64,000 bases of DNA from the NCBI GenBank assembly GCA_963843845.1, contig CAWJMB010000002.1:1376001-1440000 (forward strand). The letters run 5' to 3'. Position 1 is the stretch's first letter. Each line of letters opens with the position of its first letter. The stretch is from an uncultured Gemmatimonadaceae bacterium (lineage in GTDB: Bacteria > Gemmatimonadota > Gemmatimonadetes > Gemmatimonadales > Gemmatimonadaceae). Below, piece by piece: positions 12,201-21,022 of the stretch. The position numbers were made by a program, and so were the translations under genes. The notes below the pieces were generated by a model that was not told the origin of the DNA, made no database searches, and saw nothing but the letters and a program-made list of their open reading frames with translations.

Positions 12201-13051
12201 AGGAGATGCTGCTCGCGCGCGAGGATGCGCGCGTCCGCGGGCTCGCACCGCTGAACGGCTATCCGCGCATGCGTGTCGCCGTGCCCGCACTCGCGCAGCG
12301 CGTGGGGACGTTCGCCGCGTACGCCGACGCGACCGTCGACCAGCTGCTCGGTCCCCTCATGAACACGACGTCGCGCCGCTCGATCGTGACGCTCGACCAC
12401 ATGGTGTTCCTGAATCGCGGCGACCACTTCGAGGCGACCGCGCTGCCGGGCGTGGCGCAAGAGGCGCCGGCGTGGGGCGCGGCGGTCGCGGACTTCGACG
12501 GCGACGGGCGTGAGGACGTCTTTCTCAGCCAGAACTTCTATCCGACCGCCGTCGGGCTTCCGCGCTACGACGCCGGGCGCGGCCTGCTCCTGTCGGCCGA
12601 CGAGCGCGGGCAGCTACAGCCGGTGAGCGGCATGGCGTCGGGGATCGTCGTCTACGGCGATCAGCGCGGTGCCGCGGTCGCGGACTACGACGGCGACGGG
12701 CGGGTCGACCTCGTGATCGGCGAGAACGCCGGAGCGACGCGACTCTTTCACAACCGTGGTGCGAAGGTCGGGCTCCGCGTGCGGCTGCAGGGACCGCCGT
12801 TCAATCCCGACGCGGTGGGCGCCCAGGTGCGCCTCGTCTACGGCGGCGGGGGCGTCGGCGAGCGCATGGGCCCCGTGCGTGAGGTGCAGGCCGGGAGCGG
12901 ATACTGGTCGCAGCACAGCGCGGTCCAGCTCTTCGGGCTCGCCGCCGCACCGACGGCCGTCTGGGTGCGCTGGCCCGGCGGCGTCGTGACGCGAGCCGCG
13001 GTGCCGCCAGGTGCGCGCCAGATCACGGTGTCGGCCAACCCACGCGGTTAA
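9266..13051 (+). CDS. FG-GAP/VCBS-repeat lipoprotein with ASPIC/UnbV domains (CRTAC1-like)
   Basis: Lipobox VAAC; many D-x-D-G-D-G-x-x-D repeats; two ASPIC/UnbV-like segments (AVGATVRL...QSREV...YLSHS and AVGAQVRL...REVQAGSGYWSQHS). Confidence 0.88.
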   Translation: MHSRRRTALTIVALAGASGVAACGRDRAPAPWHDEAGHRWRELAVNGGAPGFTPMQARSTGVRFQNDVSDSVLLGNRILGQGAGVALGDVDGDGRVDVFLARTEGCSALYRNEGAWKFEDVTRVAGVGACGRHASGAAFADIDGDRDLDLVLLATTGPNAIFTNDGRGRFTERRDLGLDSTGRGGTTITMADVDGDGRLDLYVANYKAYSPVDTLSPQQRATSQLVRQTGPDRYEVMPERANDFKLVMRPDMGGMNVTMRAEPDDFYRNVGGRFAREPLTSARFRDAAGNPLASEPESFGLGAKFVDLNGDGAPDLYVANDFEDTDELWWNDGRGNFRLADWTAQRQISNSAMGVDVADVNGDGLPDMFEVDMLSNDSRRLKTQMPTHTALPKQPGDLTTQLQQQRNTLFVNRGDGTFAEVAQMAGVGASGWSWGAMFIDVDLDGWQDILIANGHLWDIMDADVQERIQNRLTNVSWQRERWEFPTLKLTNVAFRNRGAPSPGGAPTFEDVSATWQFGVDGDYSHGLAAADLDGDGDQDVVVNRLRAPALLLRNDARAPRVAVRLIGAGQNTRAVGATVRLLNGATPVQSREVTVGGLYLSHSDFGLSFAAGRSDSATLVVDWRGGGRTTIHGVRPNREYEITEPRGGAPAASAAAASTVAAPPSSRGAAALCGRASCPLFEDATALLGGHLHTEAPFDDWERQFLLPNALSQLGPGVSWIDYDRDGDDDLIVGAGRGGSLGVFRNEGGRLIAVAGPTMIADATTVLGLPSPTGTRLVVGVSSWEVESAPSAAVLSPGRGAALVPLLPPQSAASGPLALGDYDGDGDLDLFVGGRAVPGAYPAAASSSLWRNEAAPGAPQQRQFVRDSARSAALADIGLVSAASFADVDGDGRADLVLAREWDAIALLLNRDDRFELAPASWGLARWTGRWNGVATGDLDGDGRLDLVATGWGRNTMTPTDSARPLVLFHGRFGAGGEEEMLLAREDARVRGLAPLNGYPRMRVAVPALAQRVGTFAAYADATVDQLLGPLMNTTSRRSIVTLDHMVFLNRGDHFEATALPGVAQEAPAWGAAVADFDGDGREDVFLSQNFYPTAVGLPRYDAGRGLLLSADERGQLQPVSGMASGIVVYGDQRGAAVADYDGDGRVDLVIGENAGATRLFHNRGAKVGLRVRLQGPPFNPDAVGAQVRLVYGGGGVGERMGPVREVQAGSGYWSQHSAVQLFGLAAAPTAVWVRWPGGVVTRAAVPPGARQITVSANPRG

Positions 13052-13129
13052 GATGCTCGGGCCTCGCGACCTCGTCGCCGCGCGGTCTCGCCGCGCAACC
13101 TTTTCGCGTCTCTCGTCATCGAACCCGTC

Positions 13130-13780
13130 ATGCGAATCCGACTCCCCCTCTCGGCCGCGCTGAGCGCCGCCGTGTTCGTCGCGCCGCAGGCCGCGCGCGC
13201 GCAGGCATGGTACTATCCGTCGTTCCAGATCCCGACGACCGTCGGGCGCGACTACACCTTCGCCGCGGCGGGCGGGGGCGGAACGGCGTTCGTGTTTCAG
13301 TGGCGCGAAGCGCTCGACGCGATCAACCAGCTGTCTCTCGACGCGGGGCTCGCCGACGCGGAGGGGCCGTCGAACACGAAGCTGTTCGTCGGCGGGCAGT
13401 ACGCGCGACAGCTCACGCGCGCGCAAGCCGACCAGCCGCTCGATCTGCTGCTGACGGCGGGTGCCGGTGTCGCGTTCGGCGACGGGCCGGACGTGTTCCG
13501 GATTCCGGTCGGCGTCTCGATCGGGCACCGGTTCCCGCTCGAGGGGGAGCTGGCGGTCACGCCGTACGTGCACCCACGCGTGTCGCTCGACACGTACACG
13601 GGGGGTGACGGCGCCTACGCCGACCGCACGAAGCTCGCGCTCGACTTCGATCTCGGCGGCAACCTCGAATTGACGCGGACGCTCGCCGTGCGGGCGACCT
13701 TCCGGTTCTCCGGCGACGCGCCGAGCGAGACGGGGTTCGGCGTCGGATTGACCTACACGCCGAGCAGTCTGCGACGCTAG
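13130..13780 (+). CDS. Putative small outer-membrane beta-barrel protein
   Basis: Signal peptide ending ARA-Q; alternating amphipathic strands; C-terminal FGVGLTY. Confidence 0.6.
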   Translation: MRIRLPLSAALSAAVFVAPQAARAQAWYYPSFQIPTTVGRDYTFAAAGGGGTAFVFQWREALDAINQLSLDAGLADAEGPSNTKLFVGGQYARQLTRAQADQPLDLLLTAGAGVAFGDGPDVFRIPVGVSIGHRFPLEGELAVTPYVHPRVSLDTYTGGDGAYADRTKLALDFDLGGNLELTRTLAVRATFRFSGDAPSETGFGVGLTYTPSSLRR

Positions 13781-13783
13781 GCG

Positions 13784-14344
13784 CTACCGGCTGGCCGACT
13801 TCACGAGCACGGCGTTCGCGATCCGCTTCTCGAGTTGCCCGGTCGATGCGCAGTGCAGCAGGTCGCCGCTCGTCGCCATCGGGCGGGCGGTGGCGGTGAC
13901 GAGCGTCGAGACGAGTGCGGCGGCAGTGTCGGCGGTCGGCGAGATGGCCGTCGAGACGGCGAGCGTCACTTCGTAGCTGTTCGCCTTGTCGTCGCCGAGC
14001 ATGTCGGCGCCACACGAGACGAGCGCCGTCATGCGCAGCGTGCCGAGGCGGCCGCGCGCGCGGTTGTTCGCCGACACGATCTGCCTCGTGTCGGTGAGGT
14101 ACGTCGTCACCGGGAGCGCGAAGTCGGCGAAGACGCTCGGGATCAGCTTCCACGCGAGGTCGGGCGCGACGCGGATGGTCGCGCCCTGCGTGCGATCCTG
14201 GTTCGTCAGCTGCACGCTGGAGGTGCCGGTCGACGTCGTGATGACGGCGGTGCGGGGCGTGACGACGGTCGTCTCCTGGGGCGTGGAACGGGCGCCGGCG
14301 CAGGCGGTGACCAGGAGGAGCGCGGCGGAGACGGACCGTGGCAT
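13784..14344 (-). CDS. Hypothetical lipoprotein
   Basis: ATG at 14344, lipobox LVTAC, two further Cys (VSCG, LHCASTG). Confidence 0.65.
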   Translation of the reverse strand: MPRSVSAALLLVTACAGARSTPQETTVVTPRTAVITTSTGTSSVQLTNQDRTQGATIRVAPDLAWKLIPSVFADFALPVTTYLTDTRQIVSANNRARGRLGTLRMTALVSCGADMLGDDKANSYEVTLAVSTAISPTADTAAALVSTLVTATARPMATSGDLLHCASTGQLEKRIANAVLVKSASR

Positions 14345-14496
14345 GATCGGCGACAGGCTGGGTGAGCGAACGGCGACGAACGTCGATAGCATGTGACGAG
14401 GCTCGGCGACCCGCCAGTGGCGGGGCGCGCCGACGACCGCGGTCGTAGACCGGGCGCGCGTCTTGCCCGCACGGTGCTCACTCTCTCACACCGCAC

Positions 14497-14889
14497 ATGA
14501 CTGATTCGTCGCTGCCGCCAGTGCTCGTCGTCGACGACAACCATGACAACACCGAGATCATCCAACGCTACCTCGAAGCGCGGGGATACCCGGTGTCGGT
14601 CGCGTACTCCGGGGACGAGGCGCTCGCGCAGCTGGAGCAGGTGCGTCCGTCGATCGTGCTGCTCGACGTCATGATGCCGGGGCGCGACGGATGGGAGGTG
14701 TGCCGCCTCATGAAGTCGCACCCGGTACTCGGTAAGCAGTTGCGCGTCATCATGGTGACCGCGCTCGACGAGTGGAACGACCGGCGCCAGGCACTCCAGA
14801 CCGGCGCCGACGACTACGTGGCGAAGCCGTTCGACCTGCCGAAGCTGGCGATCACGGTCGAACGGAACGTCGCCATGCTGGGCCGTTGA
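14497..14889 (+). CDS. Single-domain response regulator (receiver)
   Basis: VVDD, LLDVMMP (phosphoacceptor Asp), MVTA, YVAKPF. Confidence 0.92.
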   Translation: MTDSSLPPVLVVDDNHDNTEIIQRYLEARGYPVSVAYSGDEALAQLEQVRPSIVLLDVMMPGRDGWEVCRLMKSHPVLGKQLRVIMVTALDEWNDRRQALQTGADDYVAKPFDLPKLAITVERNVAMLGR

Positions 14890-16529
14890 GCTCGCCGGTC
14901 TGGCCCCACGGTGAGGAATCGCCGGCGTACGCGCCGGTGCTGCTGACGGACTCGCACGACCCGGCGGTGGCCGAGGCGGCCTCGCTGCTCGGTGGCTGGC
15001 GCCTCGACATCCGGCCGGCGCGCGATCTCGCGGTCGCGGTCCCCCACACGCGAGATGCGCGCGCGATCGTCGTGACGACCGACAACCCGAACGCGCTGCG
15101 CGACGTCTTCGCCGAGGCGCGGCGCTCGGGCGTCGCCGTCGTGGTGGGGTGCGTCGACGAGACGATGCGTCGCCGCGCGGCGGAGTTGCGGGCGGACGAC
15201 TGGTATCGCCTCCCCGCGCCTGCCGAGGAGATCGCCGCGCGGGTGCGGAGCGCGACGGCACGTGGGGCGCCGACGGGTCCCGCGCTGACCGACCGCATCG
15301 AGCGGGCGGAGTACGAGCAGATGCTCTACGACGCGCGAACCGGGCTGCCGACGCTTCCGATCGCGATCGAAGGGGCGCGGGCGATGATCAAGGAGCGCGG
15401 CGAGGTCGTCGTGCTCTACCTCAACTTCGTGCGCTACTCGAAGCTCGAAGAGATCTACGGCTGGGAGAAGCTCGACGCGGTGCTGGAGACGACGGCGACG
15501 GCGGTGCGCGAGATGCTCGTCGAGTCCGCGTTCGCCGCGTCGAAGGTGCTCGTGTCGTTCACGAACGATGCGGACGTGGTACTGCTGCACGTGCCGGCGG
15601 CCGGGCGCGAGGCGGCGATCGACGGCGAGGTGACCGAGCTGTCGAGTCGGCTCGGCGCGCACGTGGCGCGGCGGCTCGAGGCGACGCACGGCGACGAGAT
15701 CGCGGCGCTGTGCGACGTGTACGTGGGCGTCGCGCACGTGTATCACAACCCGAAGGTGCGCCTCGAGCGACTCATCTACCGCGGCATTCGCGAGGCGGCG
15801 CTCGCGGCGAAGAGCGTGGAGCAGCGCGAGCGGGCGAGCAAGATCGCCGACCTGCGCGCGAGCCTGCGCGAGCGACTCGTGTACGTCGACTACCATCCGA
15901 TCGTCGACGCGGTGACGCGCGAAATCTTCGGCTACGAAGCGCTCGCGCGCGGAGAGATGCGCTCGCTACGGAGCCCGGAGGTGATGTTCGAGGTCGCGGC
16001 CGACGCGGACCTGCTCTGGGAGCTGAGCCGGCTCTGCCGCGCGCGCGCGATCGAGCAGATGGCGGGTCGCCTGGCACCGCACCAGTTGCTGTTCATGAAC
16101 GTCGACCCGCAGGATTTCGCGGACCCCGAATTCACCGAAGCGCAGCTCGCCGTCGACGATCCGCGGCGCGTCGTCATCGAGATCACCGAGCGGACGGCGA
16201 TCAAGGACTATCCGAAGTTTCGCGAGCGGCTCAAGGCGTTCCGCGCGAAGGGCTTCCGCTTCGCCGTCGACGACGCCGGCAGCGGCTACGCGGGGCTCGG
16301 CTCGATCGCGAACCTCGAGCCGGACTTCATCAAGCTCGACATGTCGCTCATCAACTGCATCGACACGAACTTCATCAAGCAGAACCTCGTCGAGACGATG
16401 GTTCGCTTCGCGAACGACCAGGGCGCGAAGGTCATCGCCGAAGGGGTCGAGCGCGCGGAAGAGTACGACACGGTGCAGTCGTTAGGCGTGCATCTCGTGC
16501 AGGGGTTCTTTCTGCACCGGCCCGCCTAA
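14886..16529 (+). CDS. EAL-domain c-di-GMP phosphodiesterase with degenerate GGDEF and pseudo-receiver regions
   Basis: GYEALAR, FMNVD, IEITE, VDDAGSGY, IKLD, AEGVE, QGF. YDARTGLP and IYGWEKLDAVL are present but there is no GGDEF motif. TTG start overlaps the upstream TGA. Confidence 0.87.
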   Translation: MSSPVWPHGEESPAYAPVLLTDSHDPAVAEAASLLGGWRLDIRPARDLAVAVPHTRDARAIVVTTDNPNALRDVFAEARRSGVAVVVGCVDETMRRRAAELRADDWYRLPAPAEEIAARVRSATARGAPTGPALTDRIERAEYEQMLYDARTGLPTLPIAIEGARAMIKERGEVVVLYLNFVRYSKLEEIYGWEKLDAVLETTATAVREMLVESAFAASKVLVSFTNDADVVLLHVPAAGREAAIDGEVTELSSRLGAHVARRLEATHGDEIAALCDVYVGVAHVYHNPKVRLERLIYRGIREAALAAKSVEQRERASKIADLRASLRERLVYVDYHPIVDAVTREIFGYEALARGEMRSLRSPEVMFEVAADADLLWELSRLCRARAIEQMAGRLAPHQLLFMNVDPQDFADPEFTEAQLAVDDPRRVVIEITERTAIKDYPKFRERLKAFRAKGFRFAVDDAGSGYAGLGSIANLEPDFIKLDMSLINCIDTNFIKQNLVETMVRFANDQGAKVIAEGVERAEEYDTVQSLGVHLVQGFFLHRPA

Positions 16530-17823
16530 CAACCGTTCGACGAGCGCCCAGGTGCGCGTGTCGGCCCCGAGCCCGGCCTCGACGACCGTGCGGGCGGCGG
16601 TCCCGGCGTGCGTGCGCAGCGCGTCGCTCGTCATCCAGCGGCGCAGCTGCTCGCCGAACGCGCGGGCGGTGCCGACGGCTGCGGCGCCGTTCGCGGCGAG
16701 GAGCAGCATCGCGTCGCGGCTCTCGCGGTGCTGCGGGCCGAACGTGATCGGAAGGCCGCACGCCGCGGGCTCGAGCACCGAGTGCAGCCCCGCGTCGTGG
16801 AAGCCGCCACCGACGTACGCGGCGTCGCCGATCGTGTAGAGCTCGGCGAGCACGCCGACGCGGTCGACGAGCACGACGTCGGCATTCGTCGCGGCGCCGG
16901 CCTCGATCTCACTCAGCCGGGCCAGCGACGCGCGGTGCGATGCCGCCCACCGGACGATCGGCGTCGAGGTGCGCGCGCGTCGGCTCGTGCGGGGCGATGA
17001 CGAGTCGCGCGCGCGGATCGTGGCGCCGGACGGCGACCCACGCCTCGAGCAGCGGCGCTTCGTCCGCCGGCCACGTCGAGCCGGCGACGAGCGTGAAGCG
17101 CCCGACGCCCGTGGCGCCTAACAGTGCGAGGAACGGCGCCGTGCGGTCGACGGCTGCGGCGCGACGCCACGCCTGATCGTAGCGCGTGTCGCCGGTCGTC
17201 GTGACGCGGTCGCGTCGCACACCGAGCTGCACGAGGCGCGCGGCATCGTCGTCACTGATGGCCCCGACGGCGTCGAGCGCGGCGTAGGCGTCGCGGAGCG
17301 CGAGCGAGGCGAGGGTGCCGCGCCGCGTCGAACCGGCGCTGAGCGTCGCGCTCACGAGGCCCACGGGAACGCCGCGGCGCGCGGCGGTCGCGCTGAGGAC
17401 CGGCCAGACATCGAGCTTCGAGTAGACGAGCGCCGTGGGGCGGAGCGCGTCGAACGCGACGGTCGCGTCGCCGGTCGTGTCGAACGGCAGATAGTCGCAG
17501 AAGTCGGCGTTCAGCGACGCCGCGAACGACTCGGCGCTCGGCGAGTAGAACGTGTAGGCGAGTTGCAGATCTGGTCGCGTGCGGCGCGCGATCTCGATCA
17601 GCGGACGCGCCTGCAGCCCCTCGCCGACGCTCGGGGCGTGCAGCCAGAGCAGGGGGCGCGACGGGTCACGACCGCTCGCGCCCCAGGCGGCGTAGCGCTG
17701 CCGGATGCCCCGGCGCGCTCGAAGCGTGCGGGCGAGCTTGCCTGGGCTCGCCGGGGCGACGACCGCGCCGGCGCGGGCGAGCTGTGCGGCGGCGCCGTAG
17801 AGCGGCCGCAGCGCCGCGTTCAC
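16482..17823 (-). CDS. waaA: Kdo transferase; frameshifted around 16880-16960
   Basis: WLHAPSVGEG, YLPFD, TGDTRYD, VAGSTW, IAPHEP, then GVLAELY...AYVGGGF...HSVLEPAA in another frame. Confidence 0.87.
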
Positions 17824-17827
17824 GCCG

Positions 17828-18601
17828 TCACTTCGCTTCCGCGAGCGCCTTGTCGAGCACCTGGCGGAACAGCTGCACGGGCTCCGCGCCGTCGATGCGC
17901 TGACTGCCGACGAAGAAGCTCGGCGTGCTCTGCACGCCGCGCTGCGCCATGCGGTCGTGGTCGGCCTCGATGAGCGCGCGCATGACGTGCGAGCGCGTGC
18001 ACGTGCGGAACCGTGCCGCGTCGAGCCCGAGCGACGCCGCGAGCGAGTCGAAGTACGGCGACTGGTCGCCTCCCTTCGCCCACGCGGTCTGGTTGCTGAA
18101 CAGCGCGCTGTGGTAGGCCCAGAACTTCCCCTGCGCCGACGCGCACATCGCGGCTTCCGCGGATGGAAGCGCCTGCTCGTGCATCTCGAGCGGGTAGTTG
18201 AAGAACGCGAGGCGGATCTTGCCGGCGTCGACGTACTCGCGCTTCAGTGCCTCGTACGACGCGTCGTGCCACATCTTGCAATAGGGGCACTGGAAGTCGC
18301 TCGCCTCGATCATCCACAGCTTCGCCGTCGGCGCGCCGATGATCCGGCCGGCGTCGGCCGCCGTGCGGAGCTGCGCCGAGTCGGCGGGCATGGCGACGTC
18401 CGCGACAGGCTCGCCGCCAGCCACGCCGCTCGCCGTCGCTACGGGTGAGGCGGCCGGTGCTGCCGCCGCTGGAACGGCTGCGGCTGGTGCGGCTGCGGCT
18501 GGTGGGGCTGCGGCGGTTCCGTCGCCTGGCTTGCTGCACGCGGAGGCGATGGCGAGAACGAGCAGCGCCGCGGAGGCGGGCGAACGGAACGAGAAACGCA
18601 T
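17828..18601 (-). CDS. DsbA-family thioredoxin-fold lipoprotein
   Basis: Lipobox IASAC, Ala/Pro linker, SDFQCPYC, GVQSTPSF. Confidence 0.87.
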   Translation of the reverse strand: MRFSFRSPASAALLVLAIASACSKPGDGTAAAPPAAAAPAAAVPAAAAPAASPVATASGVAGGEPVADVAMPADSAQLRTAADAGRIIGAPTAKLWMIEASDFQCPYCKMWHDASYEALKREYVDAGKIRLAFFNYPLEMHEQALPSAEAAMCASAQGKFWAYHSALFSNQTAWAKGGDQSPYFDSLAASLGLDAARFRTCTRSHVMRALIEADHDRMAQRGVQSTPSFFVGSQRIDGAEPVQLFRQVLDKALAEAK

Positions 18602-18670
18602 AGGCGGGAGGAAGAAGTCGCGCGGCGGTGACACAAGTCGGGCTCGCTGCCGTATTAACATACAACGTCA

Positions 18671-19553
18671 ATGCACGTCATCGCCTCGCTTCTCTTCTGG
18701 CTGCTCGGGCTGTTCGCTCTGCAGCCGCAGCTGTCGATCCCGGCCCCGGTCGGCCTCGTCAACGACTTCGCGAACGTGCTGTCGGCGGACGCGGTCGCCC
18801 GCATCGAGGCGATCGCGCGCGACGTGCGCGCCAAGTCCGGCGGCGAGATCGCGGTCGTCACGCTCGCCGACATCGGCACGCGCAACGTCGGCGACGTCGC
18901 GCTCGCAGATCGGCCGGCAGTGGAAGGTCGGCAGCAACGCGGCGATCGGCGACGCGGCGCGGAACGCCGGCGTCGTCATCCTCGTGGTGCCGAAGGAGAC
19001 GAGCTCCGACGGGCGCCGGCCACATCGCGATCCAGACGGGGCAGGGCACCGAAGGCGTTCATCACCGATGCGCGAGGCCGGCGACATCCGCCGAGAGGCG
19101 ACGCCGCGGCTCGATCGCGCGCGACTACGGCGGCGCGCTCGAACTGATGGTCGCTGCGCGTGGCGGAGCAGTTCGCGCGGGGAGTTCGGCTTCGCGCTCG
19201 ACACGTCGGCGACGGCGCTGCCACCGGCTGCCAGCCGCTGCCCGAGCGCGACGTTCGGCGTGGCCGCGCGGTGGCGGGATCAATCCGCTCGTCGCGCTCG
19301 TCGTGTTCTTCGTCGTCGTCAGCGTGCTCAGCTCGATCGGCAGGGCGACGCCGGCGCGGCGGGTGCGGCGGCGGCGGGTGCATCCCGATCCCGATCATCC
19401 CGTTCCCGCCGGCGGACACCGCGGCGGAAGCTGGGGCGGGGGCGGCTGGGGCGGCGGCGGCGGTTGGGGCGGCGGCGGCGGTGGCGGCGGCGTTCGGCGG
19501 CTTCGGCGGCGGCGGCGGGTTCAGCGGCGGCGGCTCGAGTGGATGACTGGTGA
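18671..19553 (+). CDS. TPM-domain membrane protein with Gly-rich tail; several frameshifts
   Basis: VNDFANVLS, GEIAVVTL, WKVG, GVVILVVP, IQTGQG, and a C-terminal FGGFGGGGGFSGGGSS..W, spread over three frames. Confidence 0.8.
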
Positions 19554-19592
19554 GCGCGAGGAATGCGCCCGGACCGGATGGCGGATGGCACG

Positions 19593-20312
19593 ATGACGCT
19601 CGACGATCTCGTGACGCAGCTGCGCGTCCGCGTACGGCGCGGCGCTGCGGGCGGTCGTGCTCTACGGCTCGGCTGCGCGGGAGCGCCGCCGCGGCCGGGG
19701 CAGGCGAGCTACAACGTGCTGGTCGTCGTCGACACGCTCGGGCATGGCGCAGCTGCGTGCCGTCGCGCCACGGCGCGCGCGTGGAGCGAGGCCGGGCATC
19801 CGCCGCCGCTCACGCTGACGGCGCGCGAGTGGCTGTCGTCGGCCGACGTGTTCCCGATGGAGTACGCCGACGTGCTCGACGCAGCACCGCGTGCTGCACG
19901 GCGCGCTGCCGCTGGAGGGCATGGCCGTCGCCGCCGGCCGATCTGCGCGTCGAGGTGGAGCAGCAGGTGCTCGGGCAAGCTGCTGCAGCTGCGGCAGGGG
20001 ATCCTCGCGGCCGGCGGCGTTCCGAAGCGCCAGCTGGAGCTGCTGAGGCGAGCCTGAGCACGCTGATGGTCGTCTTCCGGGGCGTCGTGCGACTCCACGG
20101 CGAGACGCCGGCGAGCGGACTACGAGGCGCTCGCCGGGCAGGTGGCGGCCAGGGCGGGGTTCGATGCGGCGCCGTTCGTGCGCGTCGTCCGGCACGTGCG
20201 CGGTGGCGAGAAGCTCGCGCCCGAGCGCGCCGAGTCGACGCTGGGCGAGTATCTGGGGGCGCTCGAAACGCTCGTCGCGCACGTCGATCGGATGCCGATG
20301 ACGAACGCCTGA
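19593..20312 (+). CDS. Nucleotidyltransferase-fold protein; several frameshifts
   Basis: MTLDDLVTQLR, AVVLYGSAA, YNVLVVVD, SADVFPMEYAD and helical C-terminal KLLQLRQG..., assembled across frames. Confidence 0.65.
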
Positions 20313-20398
20313 CGGTCCCGGTCATGGAACGGGCCGACGGCCCCGGGTACGAGTACGCCGCCGTCGCACTCACCAAACGAACTTCTCGAGGAACCGAC

Positions 20399-21016
20399 AT
20401 GCTTGGACGCCGAACGCTTCGACGCCGCTGGCTTCCGCTCGCGACCGCGACGCTGTTGCTGGGCGGAACCGGCTGCGGCTACAACCGCATCCAACAGCTC
20501 GACGAGACCGCGAACAGCGCGAAGCAGCAGATCGACGTGCAGCTCAAGCGGCGCGCCGACCTGATCCCGAATCTCGTCGCGACCGTGAAGGGGTACGCGC
20601 AGCAGGAGAACGAGATCTTCACGCGAGTCGCGGAGGCGCAGCGCGGACTCACGGGGGCGCTCGCGCGACCCGGCGGGTCCGACCCGCAGGAGCTCGCACA
20701 GGCGGACGAGAATCTGAACCGCGCGCTCGTGCCGATGCTGACGCTGGTGCAGGCGTACCCGCAGTTACAGTCGAATCAGCAGTTCCTGCGGCTGCAGGAC
20801 GAGCTGACCGGAACGGAGAACCGCATCGCGACCGCGCGCACGGATTACAACGGCGCCGTGCGCGAGTACAACACGCGTCATCCGCACCTTCCCCTCGGCC
20901 GTCACGGCGAAGGTGACGGGGGCGAAGCTCCGCGCACGTACTTCGAGGTCACCGACGCGGCGACGCGTGAGGCGCCCACCGTCGACTTCAACACGCCGGC
21001 GCCGAAGGCGCCGTGA
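20399..21016 (+). CDS. lemA: LemA-family protein
   Basis: GCGYN, QLKRRADLIPNLVATVKGYA, AYPQLQSNQQFLRLQDELTGTENRIA; GAGGA RBS; compensating indels near 20875-20935. Confidence 0.9.
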   Translation: MLGRRTLRRRWLPLATATLLLGGTGCGYNRIQQLDETANSAKQQIDVQLKRRADLIPNLVATVKGYAQQENEIFTRVAEAQRGLTGALARPGGSDPQELAQADENLNRALVPMLTLVQAYPQLQSNQQFLRLQDELTGTENRIATARTDYNGAVREYNTRHPHLPLGRHGEGDGGEAPRTYFEVTDAATREAPTVDFNTPAPKAP

Positions 21017-21022
21017 GGCGAG

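Noticed and set aside
19425..19540. G-rich tract as a G-quadruplex or repeat element
   Set aside because: Explained by the Gly-rich tail typical of TPM proteins.
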